Positions 42,721 to 56,714 are shown, counted from the first letter of the stretch. The stretch is DNA of 64,000 nt from an uncultured delta proteobacterium (GCA_963845515.1 CAWJSR010000003.1:1-64000); one strand, 5' to 3'. Notes: generated by a model from the letters alone, not told the origin. Translations and numbers: made by a program.

Positions 42721-44822
42721 CTAGTTCCGCCGCCCCGGCAGCCTCAGCGTCGTGTCCGTCTGGAACGCCGCCACCAGGTCGGACAGCTGGGACGACTGGG
42801 TCGACAGCTCGGCCGCCACGGAGGAGGACTCCTGGGCGCTCGCGGCGTTCTGCTGCGTCACGTTGTCGACGTCGGCCATCCCGGTGGAGATCTTCTCCAG
42901 GCTCCCCGCCTGCTCGCGCGCCGAGCCGCTGATCTCCTGGACGATGGCCGCCACCTTCGCGACGCCGCCGCGGATCTCGTCGAAGGTAGCGGCCACCGAG
43001 CGGGCGACCTGCTCCCCGTCGGCTGCCTGCTTGACCGACTCCCGGATCAGCCCCTCGGTCTTCATCGCCGCCTCCTTGGCGCGCAGCGCCAGGCTGCGGA
43101 CCTCCTCGGCGACCACCGCGAAGCCTCGCCCCGCCTCGCCCGCGCGCGCCGCCTCGACGGCTGCGTTGAGCGCCAACAGGTTGGTCTGGAAGGCGATCTC
43201 GTTGATGTCCCGGATGATCACCGAGCTGCCCTCGGCGGCGCCCCGGATCCGCTCGATGGTGCCGTTCATGTGGTTCATGGCGGCGCTGCCCCTGTCGGCG
43301 GCGCCCTGAGCCGCGCGCGCGAGCGCCTCGGCCTGCTGTGCCTCGTCGGAGGTCCGACGCCCCGCCGAGGCGACGTCGGCCAGCCGCGCGTTGGTGTCGC
43401 CGAGCGCCCCCGCCTGGCGGCTCGCACCGGCGGCCACCGCCTGGCTGGACGAGGCGATCTGCTCCGAGGCCGTCTGGATCTGCGCGACCGACTCGACCAC
43501 CTGCGCGACGGCGGCGTCGAGGGCGGCGCCGGTCGCGTTGACCACCTGCTTCAGCTGGGCGTGGTCCCCGGCGTAGTCCTCGGTCATCCGCGCGCGGAGG
43601 TCGCGCGCCGCGTAGCTCGCCAGGACGGCGGCCGCCTCCACGAGCGGCGAGGTGATGGCGTCGACCGTCGCGTTCACCCCGCGCAGGATCCGTCCGTAGT
43701 CGCCAGGGACGCGGCTCGCGTCGGCGCGGCGCCCGAGGTCACCGGCGCGCCCCGCCTGGATCACGACGTCCACCTCGTCGGTGAGGGTGTGGATGACCTG
43801 GACGCAGCGGTTGAGGTTCTCGACCAGGACGCCGAACTCCCCCGCGTACTTCTCCTGGATCGGCCTCGGGGTCTCGCCCCGCGCCAGGCGATCGATCGAC
43901 TCTGCCGCCTCGCGGACGGGCTTCACGAGCTTCTCCAGCATCGCGTTGACGTCGGCGATGAGCGCGCCGTTCTGCCCCGGGTAGCGCGACGGATCGGCCC
44001 GGACGTCGAGCCGCCCCTCCGTCGCGGCGGCGATGAGGAGCTTGAGGTCCGCGTTCCGCTTCCGTGAGACCTCGATGAGCGCGTTGACGCTCTCCTTCAG
44101 CTCGGCGAAGCGCCCGCGCAGGTCGTCCTCGATCGGCGGCGCGTCCTCGCCCGCGGCGTGGCGGCGGATCCGGTCGGCCGCCACCTCGATCGGCTTCACG
44201 ACGGCGTCGAGGAGCGTGTTGATGCGCCCCATCATCACGCCGTTGTAGCCGGGGTAGCACCCCACGTCGGCGCGGACCTCGAGCTCTCCGGCGCTGGCCG
44301 CCTCTATGAGCGTCTTCAGGTCGGTGTTCCGTCGGATGACGACGTCGATGACGGCGTTGAGGGCGTTCCGCTGCCGGTCGAGATCGCCCGTGGAACCGCT
44401 CGGTCAGGTGCTCGGGCAGGTCGCCGCGCGAGATCCGCTCGATCCCCACCAGCACCTTGTCGAACGGCGAGGCGAAGGAATCGATGGTCGCGTTGAGCCC
44501 CAGGACGATGGGGCGGAACTCCGGATCGATGTGGCCGGCGTCGCCGCGGACCGACAGCTTCCCGGCGGCGACGGCGTCGCGCACCCGGGCGACCTCGCCG
44601 AGCGTCTCGTCGATCGCGCCGCCGACCATCCTCGACACGAGGAGGCCGGAGAGCGCGACGAGGAGGCCGACCGCCGCCCCGGCGGCGACGCCGATCCAGT
44701 CGGCGTCCCCGAGGCCGAACGCCCTGGCGAGCCAGCTGCTCGCCCCCGCGACCACGACGCCTCCCCCGGCGAGGATCGACGAGCGCGAGGATCTTGTTGC
44801 CTATGGTGAGTCCCTGGCGCAC
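42721..44822 (-). CDS. Methyl-accepting chemotaxis protein with repeated HAMP units, at least two frameshifts (~44770, ~44385)
   Basis: [34 protein letters not shown] signalling tip; HAMP repeats spread over track ORFs 44316..44822, 43739..44755 and 42721..44265. Confidence 0.85.
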
Positions 44823-44936
44823 GAACCGACCTCCGTGGCGCTACACGCGCCGCATGCCCCCCCGGGAAGAGCCGTCAGGTTACCACCTCGACCGGGTCGG
44901 ACAATTCGCCGCGTCGAGATTCTGCGACGCGCACGC

Positions 44937-45499
44937 CTACAGGTAGGCGCCGTAGTCGAGCTTCACCTTCATCCAGAACTCGGCGGTCAGGTCGGCGGTC
45001 CAGGTCGAGAGCGGCAGGCCGCCGCCGGTGTACTCGGCCTTGATGTTGAGCTGCCCCGCGCTGAGGTACGGCTTCAGGTCGGCGTCGGTCTCGCTCGTCG
45101 CGGTGATCCGCGTGACGTTCGTCGCCGGTGTGGCGGGTTGGTGTACGCCAGCAGGACGAGGTCTACGAGGCCGCTCCCTGCCGGCGCCAGCGCGGTGATG
45201 GTCACCGACTCGAATGTCGTCGAAGTTGGACATCGGACCGGAGGTGTCGAGGCACGAGCGTCATCCGTGAGAGCTCGCAGGTCGAACTCGACGTTCGGCT
45301 CGTTGACGAGGGGGACGTTGGCGCCGACGTCGACGACGATGTCCTCCCGGACGGTCACGCCGGCGGGGGCGCCGGGGAAGCTGTACTGCGGCAGCGTCAC
45401 CGCCACGCTCGGCATCTCCAGCTCGGCGAACAGGACGGGGCCGCCGCAGCCGGCGAGGGTGAGGGCGAGAGACGAGGCAAGAAGGGTGCGTGCGCGCAT
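44937..45499 (-). CDS. Hypothetical lipoprotein (frameshifted)
   Basis: Lipobox LAGC at the start; plausible coding continues across frames to ..MKVKLDYGAYL*. Confidence 0.5.
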
Positions 45500-45512
45500 G
45501 GTCGCCTCGCTC

Positions 45513-46094
45513 TCAGAGGTAGAAGAGGATGCCGAGCTTCACCGACGGCAACGTCGCCCGGAACTCGGGATCGGCGATCCGGACGGTGGCCGTCTGGCCG
45601 GTCCCCGTGTTGGTCACCTCGGAGACGCCGTGGATGGTGGTCCAGAAGTAGGAGAGGCCGGCCCGGGCGAAGATGACGAAGCGGCGCGCCGAGCCGAGCT
45701 CGATCCCGACCTGGGCGTTCACGTAGTTGTACCCGACGTCCTTCAGGAGCGGCCTCAGCTCAGTGGGCACGCCGGCGCTCTGGTCGGCTACCCAGGTCAT
45801 GTCCGAGTCGAAGTAGTGGCCCAGCTCGAGGTTGAACGTCGGGTCGATCGGCCAGTGGAAGGGGGCGAGCCCGACGCCCCCCTGCAGGCCGTAGCCGAAG
45901 TAGTTCCAGCTGCCGCCTGCGGAGAGCCTCAGGAAGTCGAGCGGCCGGTAGACCCCGCTCAAGACCAGGCCGTCGGGGACGCCAGCGGCGGCCGACACGC
46001 CGAAGCGCGGGAAGCGATCGTACGACGGCGGATCGGCGTCGCCAGCGAGCGAGATCGCGGGGGTGAGCAGGGCGAGCAGCAGCAGTCGTCGCAT
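45513..46094 (-). CDS. Hypothetical outer-membrane beta-barrel protein
   Basis: Signal peptide, alternating amphipathic strands, aromatic C-terminus KLGILFYL. Confidence 0.65.
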   Translation of the reverse strand: MRRLLLLALLTPAISLAGDADPPSYDRFPRFGVSAAAGVPDGLVLSGVYRPLDFLRLSAGGSWNYFGYGLQGGVGLAPFHWPIDPTFNLELGHYFDSDMTWVADQSAGVPTELRPLLKDVGYNYVNAQVGIELGSARRFVIFARAGLSYFWTTIHGVSEVTNTGTGQTATVRIADPEFRATLPSVKLGILFYL

Positions 46095-46227
46095 GTGGTC
46101 TCCGGGGCTTCGCTCTCCGAGACTGGGAGCATAATCGGTCCGTCCTCGGGACCATCCGCCTCGATGGGGGTGCGCCCGGAGCGCGGCCCCTGTGGCGCGC
46201 GCGCCCGTTTTGGGCGATTAAGGGCCG

Positions 46228-46782
46228 GTGGCGCTCCCATCCATCCTGCATCGCTTCGAAGTCCAGCTCTCCCACGTAGACAAGGGGGTGGAGCAGCAGC
46301 TCTCCATCTCCGCCGCACGCCACCCCTCCGAGACGCTCGAGCGGCTCTGGCTCCGCGTGATCGCCTGGCTCTGGCAGTGGGAGGAGGGGATCTCGTTCGG
46401 TCCCGGCCTCTGCGAGCCCGATGCGCCCGACGCCTTCGTCGCCTCGCCCCGCGGCGGCTTCTCGCTCCTGGTCCGCGTCGGGAAGCCCGAGCCGGAGCGG
46501 ATCGACAGGGAGGTCTCGCGCAACTCGGGCGCGCGCGTGGCGGTCCTGTTCGACTCCCTGAAGCGGCTGGAGTCCTTCGTCGAGGAGGCGCGCGCGCTGG
46601 GGCTGACCCGCGCGGGGCGGGCGGAGCTGGCGGCGGTCGACTCCACCTTCCTGTCGGCGCTTGCCGCCGACGATGCCCGGCGCGCGAAGGTGTCGGTGAC
46701 CATCGTCGGCGACCACGTCTACGTCATCGACGCCGCCGGACGGGCGCTCGACTCCCCCATCCACCGGGCGGTAATCCAGTAA
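46228..46782 (+). CDS. yaeQ: YaeQ family protein
   Basis: MALPS..LS.VD..ARHPSETLERL..R..GLCEPD.PD. Confidence 0.8.
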   Translation: MALPSILHRFEVQLSHVDKGVEQQLSISAARHPSETLERLWLRVIAWLWQWEEGISFGPGLCEPDAPDAFVASPRGGFSLLVRVGKPEPERIDREVSRNSGARVAVLFDSLKRLESFVEEARALGLTRAGRAELAAVDSTFLSALAADDARRAKVSVTIVGDHVYVIDAAGRALDSPIHRAVIQ

Positions 46783-46950
46783 TTCCAAGGGGTCATCCCG
46801 TTGGGGTGCTACGCGCCAGTCTTTTGAAGTGCACCCTCACGCAGTCACGTTACATTTTGATCTAAAGTGGACTACATATGTCCGGCTTCCGTTCGGACAA
46901 GTGGAAGCGACCGCTTGGCGCGGGACTGGCTCATATGTGCGGGAATGACC

Positions 46951-48848
46951 GTGCGCCGCGCAAAGCGGCGTGTTCTCAGCGGGATGAAAGGAGCCCACCT
47001 CGAATGAATCGAGCATCCGAGTAGCGAGGTCCCCTGCGTGACGCCGCGAGGCGTCCAGCAGAAGCGGGGCCAGGACGCCGGTGGCCGCAAGCCATCGGCT
47101 GCGAAACGACGGGCCGTAGCGCGCAGCGAACCCAGACGTAGCCTCGTAAACGCAACGGAGAGGCCGAGCCTCTGATCATTGGGCGAAGGCAGCACGCGCC
47201 GGGCAGTCTCGATGACGCCGGTTGCGCTCTCCCGGGGTATCAGGGACGGCACGCGGCGAAGGGAACGCGCTGAACGCGGGAGACCTCGACCGGCGCGGTG
47301 AAGCGACCGCGACCGCACGCACAAGACGGCAGCCGAGGCGAGCGGGCCGGACGAGGAGTCGGACGAGTCCGTAGTACCGACGAAGGCGGTGAAAGCCGCT
47401 GGAGGGAAGGGGCTCTACTCGAAGACGCGACCTCTGCGAGGAAGGAGCTGGGGATTGTGGCGACACTAAAAACCCCAGAGAAGCTCCGGGACCTGCAACG
47501 GGCGCTGTACCTGCGAGCCAAGAAGGAGTCGAGCTTCCGAGCGTACGCACTGTACGACAAGGTGTACCGACGGGACGTGCTGGCGCACGCCTACGCGCTG
47601 TGCAAGGCGAACGGCGGGGCGCCGGGTCCTGACGGCGAGACCTTCGAGGACATCGAGACGCGCGGCAGCGAGGTGCTGCTGGAGGAGCTGCACGATGAGC
47701 TGAAGACGAAGCGGTACCGGCCTGGACCGGTTAGGCGGGTGTACATCCCGAAGCTCAGCGGCGGCGAGCGACCGTTGGGGATTCCCAACATCCGCGACCG
47801 CGTCGTGCAGACGGCGGCGAAGCTGCTGCTCGAACCGCTCTTCGAGGCGGACTTCGACGCGGACTCGTACGGATTCCGTCCGAAGCGAAGCGCACACCAG
47901 GCGCTCGACGCCATCCGCGAAGCACTCGAGCAAGGGATGTACTGGGTCATCGACGCCGACGTCACGGCCTACTTCGACACGATTCCGCACGACCGCCTGA
48001 TGAAGACGGTGGCGGAGCGGGTCGTCGACGGGGCGATGCTCGCGCTGGTGAAGGGGTTCCTGGAGGCGCCCGTCGTCGACGAACGCGACGGCGGACGACC
48101 GAAGCGCACCGCGCAGGGCACGCCGCAGGGCGGGGTGATTTCGCCTCTCCTGGCGAACGTGTACCTGCACCTGCTCGACCGGAACTTCCGCAGGCGCGTG
48201 GAAGCGGGCAGCCTCGAAGGTCGTCTGATCCGCTACGCGGACGATCTGGTGGTGCTGTCCCGCAGGCGCCCGGACCGAGAGCTCGCATGGGTGAAGCAGC
48301 TCATGTCTCGACTCGGCTTGACGCTCCACCCGGAGAAGACGCGGGTTGTGAACGCAAGGCACGAACACTTCACGTTCCTCGGGCACACGCATTTCTGGCG
48401 TCGAGGGGAGCTGTACCTCGACATCGGGAAGAAGGCGCGCAAGCGCATCCGCGATGAGCTGCGGCGGAGAACTCGACGGACGGGGCTCAGCCTCGACGAG
48501 CTTGTCGAGGAACTGAACCCGTATATCCGAGGGGCCCGGCAGTACTTCCGCCGGGTGCTGCGCAAGCGGCTCTCCAGCCTGGACCACACTGTCGGAGGTC
48601 TCGTCGCGCGGTGGGGGAGGCGCAAGCACACGCTCTCCCGGCCAGCATGGTCGCTCGTGCAGGGAGGCGCACTCCACAGGGACCATGGGCTGGAACGGTG
48701 GAACCTGCCCCCGGCTCTCCGCCCAGCAGACTCAAGGCGCGCGAGGTGAACGTCGAGGGAAGCCGTATGCGGGAAATCCGCACGTACGGTTTGACGGGGG
48801 GCTGCTGGCGCGCACGTCACAGACGGCGATGCTGGGGTCTATCCCGAC
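46951..48848 (+). mobile_element. Complete group II intron (IIB-like ribozyme with IEP ORF)
   Basis: 5' GTGCG at 46951; DIII-like GAGTCGGACGAGTCCGTAGTACCG..GGAGGGAAGGG; DV aAGCCGTATGCGGGAAATCCGCACGTACGGTTT (48760-48792); DVI with bulged A at 48841, 8 nt from the terminal AC at 48848. Confidence 0.88.
47457..48749 (+). CDS. ltrA: Group II intron reverse transcriptase/maturase, no endonuclease domain
   Basis: [57 protein letters not shown]; no HNH motif; GAAGGAG SD before GTG 47457. Confidence 0.93.
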   Translation: MATLKTPEKLRDLQRALYLRAKKESSFRAYALYDKVYRRDVLAHAYALCKANGGAPGPDGETFEDIETRGSEVLLEELHDELKTKRYRPGPVRRVYIPKLSGGERPLGIPNIRDRVVQTAAKLLLEPLFEADFDADSYGFRPKRSAHQALDAIREALEQGMYWVIDADVTAYFDTIPHDRLMKTVAERVVDGAMLALVKGFLEAPVVDERDGGRPKRTAQGTPQGGVISPLLANVYLHLLDRNFRRRVEAGSLEGRLIRYADDLVVLSRRRPDRELAWVKQLMSRLGLTLHPEKTRVVNARHEHFTFLGHTHFWRRGELYLDIGKKARKRIRDELRRRTRRTGLSLDELVEELNPYIRGARQYFRRVLRKRLSSLDHTVGGLVARWGRRKHTLSRPAWSLVQGGALHRDHGLERWNLPPALRPADSRRAR

Positions 48849-48849
48849 A

Positions 48850-50289
<1,440 letters not shown>

Positions 50290-50314
50290 CCCCACGCCGG
50301 AAGGGACGGACGAC

Positions 50315-51084
<770 letters not shown>

Positions 51085-51088
<4 letters not shown>

Positions 51089-52404
51089 CGCCGCTCGAGC
51101 AGAGCCTGCAGGCGGCGCTGGCCGCCGGCGTGGCAGGTGGGCCCGACTGGCTCCGCGAGGTGCGGGATCGCGGCGCCCGCGGGTTCCGCGCGGCCGGCCT
51201 GCCGCACGGCAAGATCGAGGAGTGGCGCTTCACCAGCCTGCAGGGGCTGACGCCGAGCGCCCTCGTCCGCGCAGGCGACTCCGCGACGGGCGACGGCGCC
51301 GCCCTCCTCGAGACGGCGCAGCTCCCCGCCGGGGAGGCGCGGTTCGTGCTGGTCAACGGCCTGCTGCGCGAGGAGCTGTCCAGCCGGGGAGCCCTCCCGC
51401 CGGCCGTCGTCGCGACGAGCCTCGCGCGCGCATGGGCCGAGCAGCCCGAGCTCGTCCGCGGCCGGCTCGGCCGCCACGCGGACGTGGAGCGCCATCCGTT
51501 CGGCGCCCTGAACACGGCCCTCATGGAGGACGGCGTCCTCCTCCACGTGCCGGCCGGCACCGTGATCGACGCGCCGATCCACGTGGTCTTCCTGAGCGAC
51601 TCCCCCGGCGCGGCGGTGATCAGCAACCCGCGCGTCCTCGTCGTCGCCGGCGAGGGGGCGCGCTTCGCCGTCGCCGAGCACTGGCTCGGTGCCGCCGACG
51701 GTCTCTACGTCGCGAACGGCGTCGCCGAGCTCTTCCTCGCCGACGGCGCGCAGGTGGAGCACTACGCGCTCCAGGCTCACGGGGCGCAGGCCTGGCACTT
51801 CGGCGCGATCTTCTCCGAGCAGGGGGCGAAGTCGAAGCTCAAGCTCCACGGCCTGGCGTTCGGCGCCCAGCTGTCCCGCACCGAGATCCACTCGCGCCTC
51901 GTCGGCGAAGGGGCGTCGATCGACCTCACCGGCCTCTCGATGCTCTCGGGGACGCAGCTCTCGGACGTGCACTCCATCGTCGAGCACGCGGTGCCGCGCT
52001 GCGAGACGGTCGAGAGCTTCAAGGCGATCCTCGACGGCCACTCCCGGGGAGTCTTCGCCGGGCGGATCCGCGTCCTCCCCGGGGCGCAGAAGACGCAGGC
52101 CTACCAGCAGAGCTCCAGCCTCCTCCTCTCCGAGGACGCGGTCATCGACACGATGCCGCAGCTCGAGATCTTCGCGGACGACGTGAAGTGCGGCCACGGC
52201 GGCGCGGTCGGCCAGCTCGACGCCGGCGCGCTCTTCTACCTGCGCACCCGCGGCCTGGACGAGGCCGCTGCGCGGGGGCTGCTCATCTACGCGTTCGCCG
52301 CGGAGATGGTCGATCGGATCGCCCCGCCGGCCCTGCGCGCCAGGGCCAGGGCGCTCGTCGCGGCCCGCCTGCCTGGGGGCGCGAAGATCCTGGAGGCCGC
52401 ATGA
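51085..52404 (+). CDS. sufD: Fe-S cluster assembly protein
   Basis: EEWRFT, PQLEIFADDVKCGHG, ALFYLRTRG. Confidence 0.94.
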
Positions 52405-53649
52405 CCACCGCGACCGTCACGCGCAGGGTGCCCTCGTTCGACCTGGCCCGGATCCGGGCCCAGTTCCCGATCCTGTCGACCGAGGCGCACGGGAAGCCGC
52501 TCGTCTACCTGGACACCGCCGCGACCTCGCAGAAGCCGCAGGCGGTCATCGACGCCGAGATCCGCTTCTACGAGCGGGAGTGCGCCAACGTCCACCGCGG
52601 CGTCCACTACCTCTCCGAGCTGGCGACGAGGGACTACGAGGCGTCGCGCGCCACCGTCGCCCGCTTCCTCCGCGCCGATCCGAAGGACGTCGATCTTCGT
52701 CCGTGGGACGACGGAGGCGATCAACCTCGTCGCCCAGACCTTCGGCCGGCAGCGCGTCGGCCCCGGCGACGAGATCCTCGTCACGACGATGGAGCACCAC
52801 TCCAACATCGTCCCGTGGCAGCAGGTCGCGCAGGAGAAGGGGGCGAAGGTCGTCCCGGTGCCGATCACCGACGCGGGGGACCTGGACCTCGACGCGCTGG
52901 CGCGGCTCATCGGCCCCCGCACGAAGCTGCTCGCCGTCACGCAGGTCTCCAACGCGCTCGGCACCGTGAACCCGCTCGGCGAGGTGATCCGGCTCGCGAA
53001 GGCGCAGGGGGTCCCGGTCCTCGTCGACGGCGCGCAGGGGGCGCCGCACCTCGGCTTCGACGCCCCCGCGTCGGGGGCCGACTTCTATGCGTTCAGCGGC
53101 CACAAGATCTACGGCCCCACCGGGATCGGCGTCCTCTGGGCGAAGCGGGAGCACCTCGAGGCGATGCCCCCGTGGCAGGGCGGCGGGGACATGATCCTGT
53201 CGGTCGGCTTCGACAAGACCACCTTCGCGAAGCCGCCGGCGAAGTTCGAGGCCGGCACGCCCGCCATCGCGCAGGCGATCGGCCTCGGCGCGGCCATCGC
53301 GTGGCTCGAGGGGGTGGGGATCGAGGTCGCCGCGGCCCACGAGCACGAGGTGATCGCCTACGCCGAGGCGGCGCTGCGGGAGATCCCGGGGATGCGCTTC
53401 GTCGGCACGCCGCGGCAGCGCGCCGGGGCCATCTCCTTCCTGCTCGGCGACGTCCACCCGCACGACGTGGCGACCATCATCGACCGGCACGGCGTCGCCG
53501 TGCGCGCCGGCCATCACTGCGCCCAGCCGGTGATGAAGCGCTACGGCGTGGCCGCGACCGTGCGCGCCAGCTTTGGCGTATACAGCAGCCGTGAGGACGT
53601 GGACGCGCTCGTGCGCGCGCTCCACGCTGCGAGGGAGGTCTTCGCGTGA
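52401..53649 (+). CDS. sufS: Cysteine desulfurase, +1 frameshift near 52691
   Basis: VYLDTAATSQKP, ANVHRG in first frame; EHHSNIVPW, SGHKIYGPTGIG, RAGHHCAQP in second. Confidence 0.92.
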
Positions 53650-54098
53650 GCGAGCTGTCGGATCTCTACCAGGAGGTGGTCCTCGACCACGGGAAGCGGC
53701 CGCGCAACTTCGGCCCGCTCGACGGGGCGACGCACCACGCGGAGGGGCTCAACCCGCTCTGCGGGGACCACCTGACCGTCTACGCGAAGGTCGAGGGGGG
53801 CGTCCTCAGGGAGGCCCGCTTCACCGGCGACGGCTGCGCCATCTCCAAGGCGTCCGCCTCGGTCATGACCGGGCTCGTGAAGGGCAAGACCGCCGCCGAC
53901 GTCGACGCGCTCTACGAGAAGTTCCACGCCCTCGTCACCGAGGGGCCGAACGCGGCCGGCGATCCCGAGGCTCTGGGGAAGCTGGCGGTGTTCGGCGGCG
54001 TTCACGACTACCCGACCCGCGTGAAGTGCGCGAGCCTCGCCTGGCACACCCTCCGCGCCGCGCTCCGCGGCGAGGGGGCGCCCATCTCCACGGAGTGA
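53646..54098 (+). CDS. sufU: SufU/NifU-like Fe-S assembly protein
   Basis: LYQEVVLDH..PRNFG, NPLCGD, GCAISKAS, RVKCASLAWH. Confidence 0.93.
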   Translation: MSELSDLYQEVVLDHGKRPRNFGPLDGATHHAEGLNPLCGDHLTVYAKVEGGVLREARFTGDGCAISKASASVMTGLVKGKTAADVDALYEKFHALVTEGPNAAGDPEALGKLAVFGGVHDYPTRVKCASLAWHTLRAALRGEGAPISTE

Positions 54099-54105
54099 AG
54101 CGCAC

Positions 54106-54666
54106 ATGACTCGCCACGAACCCGTCGCCCTGAAGCGCCCCGTCGAGGCCATCCTGGTCCCGAGCGGCGAGCGCGCGACCATCCCCGCGGGTGAGTGGGT
54201 CACCGTCCAGCAGACGCTCGGCGGCCAGTTCACCGCGATGACGATGCGCGGCGGCATCGTCCGGATCGACGGCCACGACGCCGACGCGCTCGGAGACAGC
54301 TACGTCGAGGAGGCGAAGCGCGCTCAGGACAAGTCCACCGCGATCGAGACCGGGGAGCTCACCGAGGACAAGGTCTGGGAGACGATCGGCGAGATCTACG
54401 ACCCGGAGCTGCCGGTGAGCATCGTCGAGCTGGGGCTCGTCTACTTCGTCGGCGTGGAGAAGATCGAGGGCGGCTCGAAGGTCACGGTCAAGATGACGCT
54501 CACGGCGCCGGGCTGCGGCATCGGCGACGTCCTGCTGGAGGACGTGCGCGAGCGGCTTCGCCGGATGCCTGGCGTCAAGGAGTCGGACGTCGAGATGGTC
54601 TTCGAGCCGCCGTGGCACTCGGGGATGATGACCGAGGCGGCGCGCCTGACGCTCGGGTTCTACTAG
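54106..54666 (+). CDS. sufT: SufT (DUF59) Fe-S assembly protein
   Basis: YDPELPVSIVELGLVY, MTLTAPGCG, VFEPPW..MTEAARL. Confidence 0.88.
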   Translation: MTRHEPVALKRPVEAILVPSGERATIPAGEWVTVQQTLGGQFTAMTMRGGIVRIDGHDADALGDSYVEEAKRAQDKSTAIETGELTEDKVWETIGEIYDPELPVSIVELGLVYFVGVEKIEGGSKVTVKMTLTAPGCGIGDVLLEDVRERLRRMPGVKESDVEMVFEPPWHSGMMTEAARLTLGFY

Positions 54667-54786
54667 AGCGACGCCGCGGCCCTTGCGCGGGTCGCGTCCT
54701 TCCGGTCACGAGATCCAGCGTACTCACCCGGGCTCCCCCGGCAGTGGCTCCGTGCGCGCCCCGGTCAGCGCGACAATGATCACGCC

Positions 54787-55008
54787 ATGACGTCGGGGTT
54801 GAGCCAGTTCATCCTCTTCCTGCTGTTCCTCTTCCTGCTGGTGGGGTCGGCGATCCTCGTGTGGGACGGGCTCGCGACCGGCTTCGGCCACGGTCGCGCC
54901 GCCGCGCTGCACGGCGCCGACCACGCCAGGGGGCGCCTCGCAGCGGGCATCGTCGGGTTCGCGATCACCGTCTGGATCGCGCTCGGGATGCTCACGCACG
55001 CGTGGTGA
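54787..55008 (+). CDS. Small two-TM membrane protein
   Basis: Two hydrophobic helices, plausible codon usage. Confidence 0.5.
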   Translation: MTSGLSQFILFLLFLFLLVGSAILVWDGLATGFGHGRAAALHGADHARGRLAAGIVGFAITVWIALGMLTHAW

Positions 55009-55066
55009 GGGCGGAACGCGGGGGGAGCTCGCGCCGGGGGCGAAAACGCCCGCTGGAGACGCGTGC

Positions 55067-55429
55067 CTACCCCTCGACGACGTACTTGAAGACCGAGGTC
55101 CCGATCCTGATCACGTCGCCGTGGCGGAGCGTCTGCTCCTTCATGGCCTTCGAGTTCAGGAACGTGCCGTTGGTCGACTCGAGGTCCACGAGGACGTGGT
55201 TCCCCCCCGAGACGAAGATCCGGGCGTGGCGGCGGGACGCCTGGTCGGACACGACGACGACGGTGTTCCCCTCCTCCCGTCCGAGCGTCAGGTCCTCCTC
55301 GCCGACGGGGTAGCGCTTGCCGGCCTCCCCTTCGTTCGACGCGTGAACGACCGCCAGCACAGCCTTGGGGGCTGGAACGGCTCCCGACGACTGCGGTGAG
55401 GCTCCGACGCGGGTCTCGTCCATGCTCAT
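55067..55429 (-). CDS. Stand-alone FHA-domain protein
   Basis: LGR, SRRHA, DLESTNGTFLN, LRHGDVIRIG. Confidence 0.88.
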   Translation of the reverse strand: MSMDETRVGASPQSSGAVPAPKAVLAVVHASNEGEAGKRYPVGEEDLTLGREEGNTVVVVSDQASRRHARIFVSGGNHVLVDLESTNGTFLNSKAMKEQTLRHGDVIRIGTSVFKYVVEG

Positions 55430-55555
55430 CGTGGCGGCTCCTCGGTCCCCTCCGAAGGCGATCTGGTTAACACGGACTGGCGGATCAGTGGAAGTTTCCG
55501 CCGCGCCCCCACGAGGTCGGTGGCCGGTCCAGTCCCCTCGCGCTACGCTCCGCGG

Positions 55556-56585
55556 ATGACGATCGAACGGCGACCGCTGGGGCGCAGCGGGCTCAAGGTG
55601 ACGAGGTTCTCGCTCGGCGCGATGACCTTCGGCGAGTCCAGGGGCTTCATGAAGGGGGTCACCTCCGAGGACGCTCGAGGCACGCCGCGTCTTCGATCGC
55701 GCGCTCGACGCGGGGATCGACACGATCGACACCGCGAACGTCTACTCCGAGGGGCGCTCGGAGGAGCTGCTCGGCGAGTGGCTGAAGGGGAGGCGCGAGC
55801 GCGTCGTGCTGGCCACCAAGTGCCGGTTCGCGACCGAAGGGCTGGCCGCCTCGGCCGGTCCACACGACCAGGGGCTCTCGCGCAAGGCGATCCTCTCGGC
55901 GTGCGAGGCGTCGCTGCGCCGCCTCAAGACCGACTACATCGATCTGTACCAGGTCCACATGCAGGACGGCTCGGTCCCGATCGAGGAGACGCTCTCCGCG
56001 CTCGACGACCTCGTCCGGCAGGGGAAGGTCCGGTACACCGGCTGCTCCAACTTCACGGGCTACCGGCTGGTCGAGTCGCTCTGGGCGGCGGACCGCAAGC
56101 GGCTCGAGCCCTTCTCCTCGATCCAGCTCCAGTGGTCGCTGGCTTACCGCGACTGCGAGCGCGAGCTGATCCCCGCGGCGCGCACCTTCGGCCTCGGCGT
56201 CCTCGTCTGGAGCCCGCTCGCGCGGGGCTTCCTCACGGGCAAGTACGTCCGCGGCCAGCCGGCGCCGAAGGGGGCGCGGCTCGAGTCATGGACCGACACC
56301 TACAAGGCGATCGACACGCTCAAGAACTGGGCGACGCTCGCGAAGGTGCGGGAGCTGGCCGAGACGCACGAGACGACCCCCGCGGCGGTCTCCCTCGCGT
56401 GGCTGCTAACGAAGCCCGAGGTGACCTCGATCCTGGTCGGAGCCCGGAGCGTCGCGCAGATCGACGAGAACCTCGCGGCGCTGGAGGTGAAGCTCACGCC
56501 CGAGGAGCTCGCAGCGCTCGACGCCGTCTCGGTGCCGGACTGGGGTTATCCGTACGAGTTCATCGGCCGACGGGAGGCGTGGTAG
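55556..56585 (+). CDS. Aldo/keto reductase, frameshift near 55680
   Basis: RPLGRSGLKV..LGAMTFG; IDTANVYS; SLRRLKTDYIDLYQVH; WSPLARG. Confidence 0.88.
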
Positions 56586-56714
56586 CCGGACCTTCGCGGC
56601 CGGCGCCGTCGACCGCGCCACACGCTAGCGCGCCGGGTTGACCAGGGTGCTAGCTGGCGCTGGCGGCCTGGGAGGAGTACGAGCTCAGCGGCGCCTCGGT
56701 GAGCGCCGCCGCGC

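Noticed and set aside
46937..46941. Alternative intron 5' end at the upstream GTGCG
   Set aside because: 46951 fits better: it is followed by the expected hairpin and preceded by the sequence pairing with the candidate EBS1; not formally excluded
47298..48749. RT as retron, DGR or defence RT
   Set aside because: Typical group II IEP motifs with flanking ribozyme domains; no msr/msd or TR/VR repeat seen
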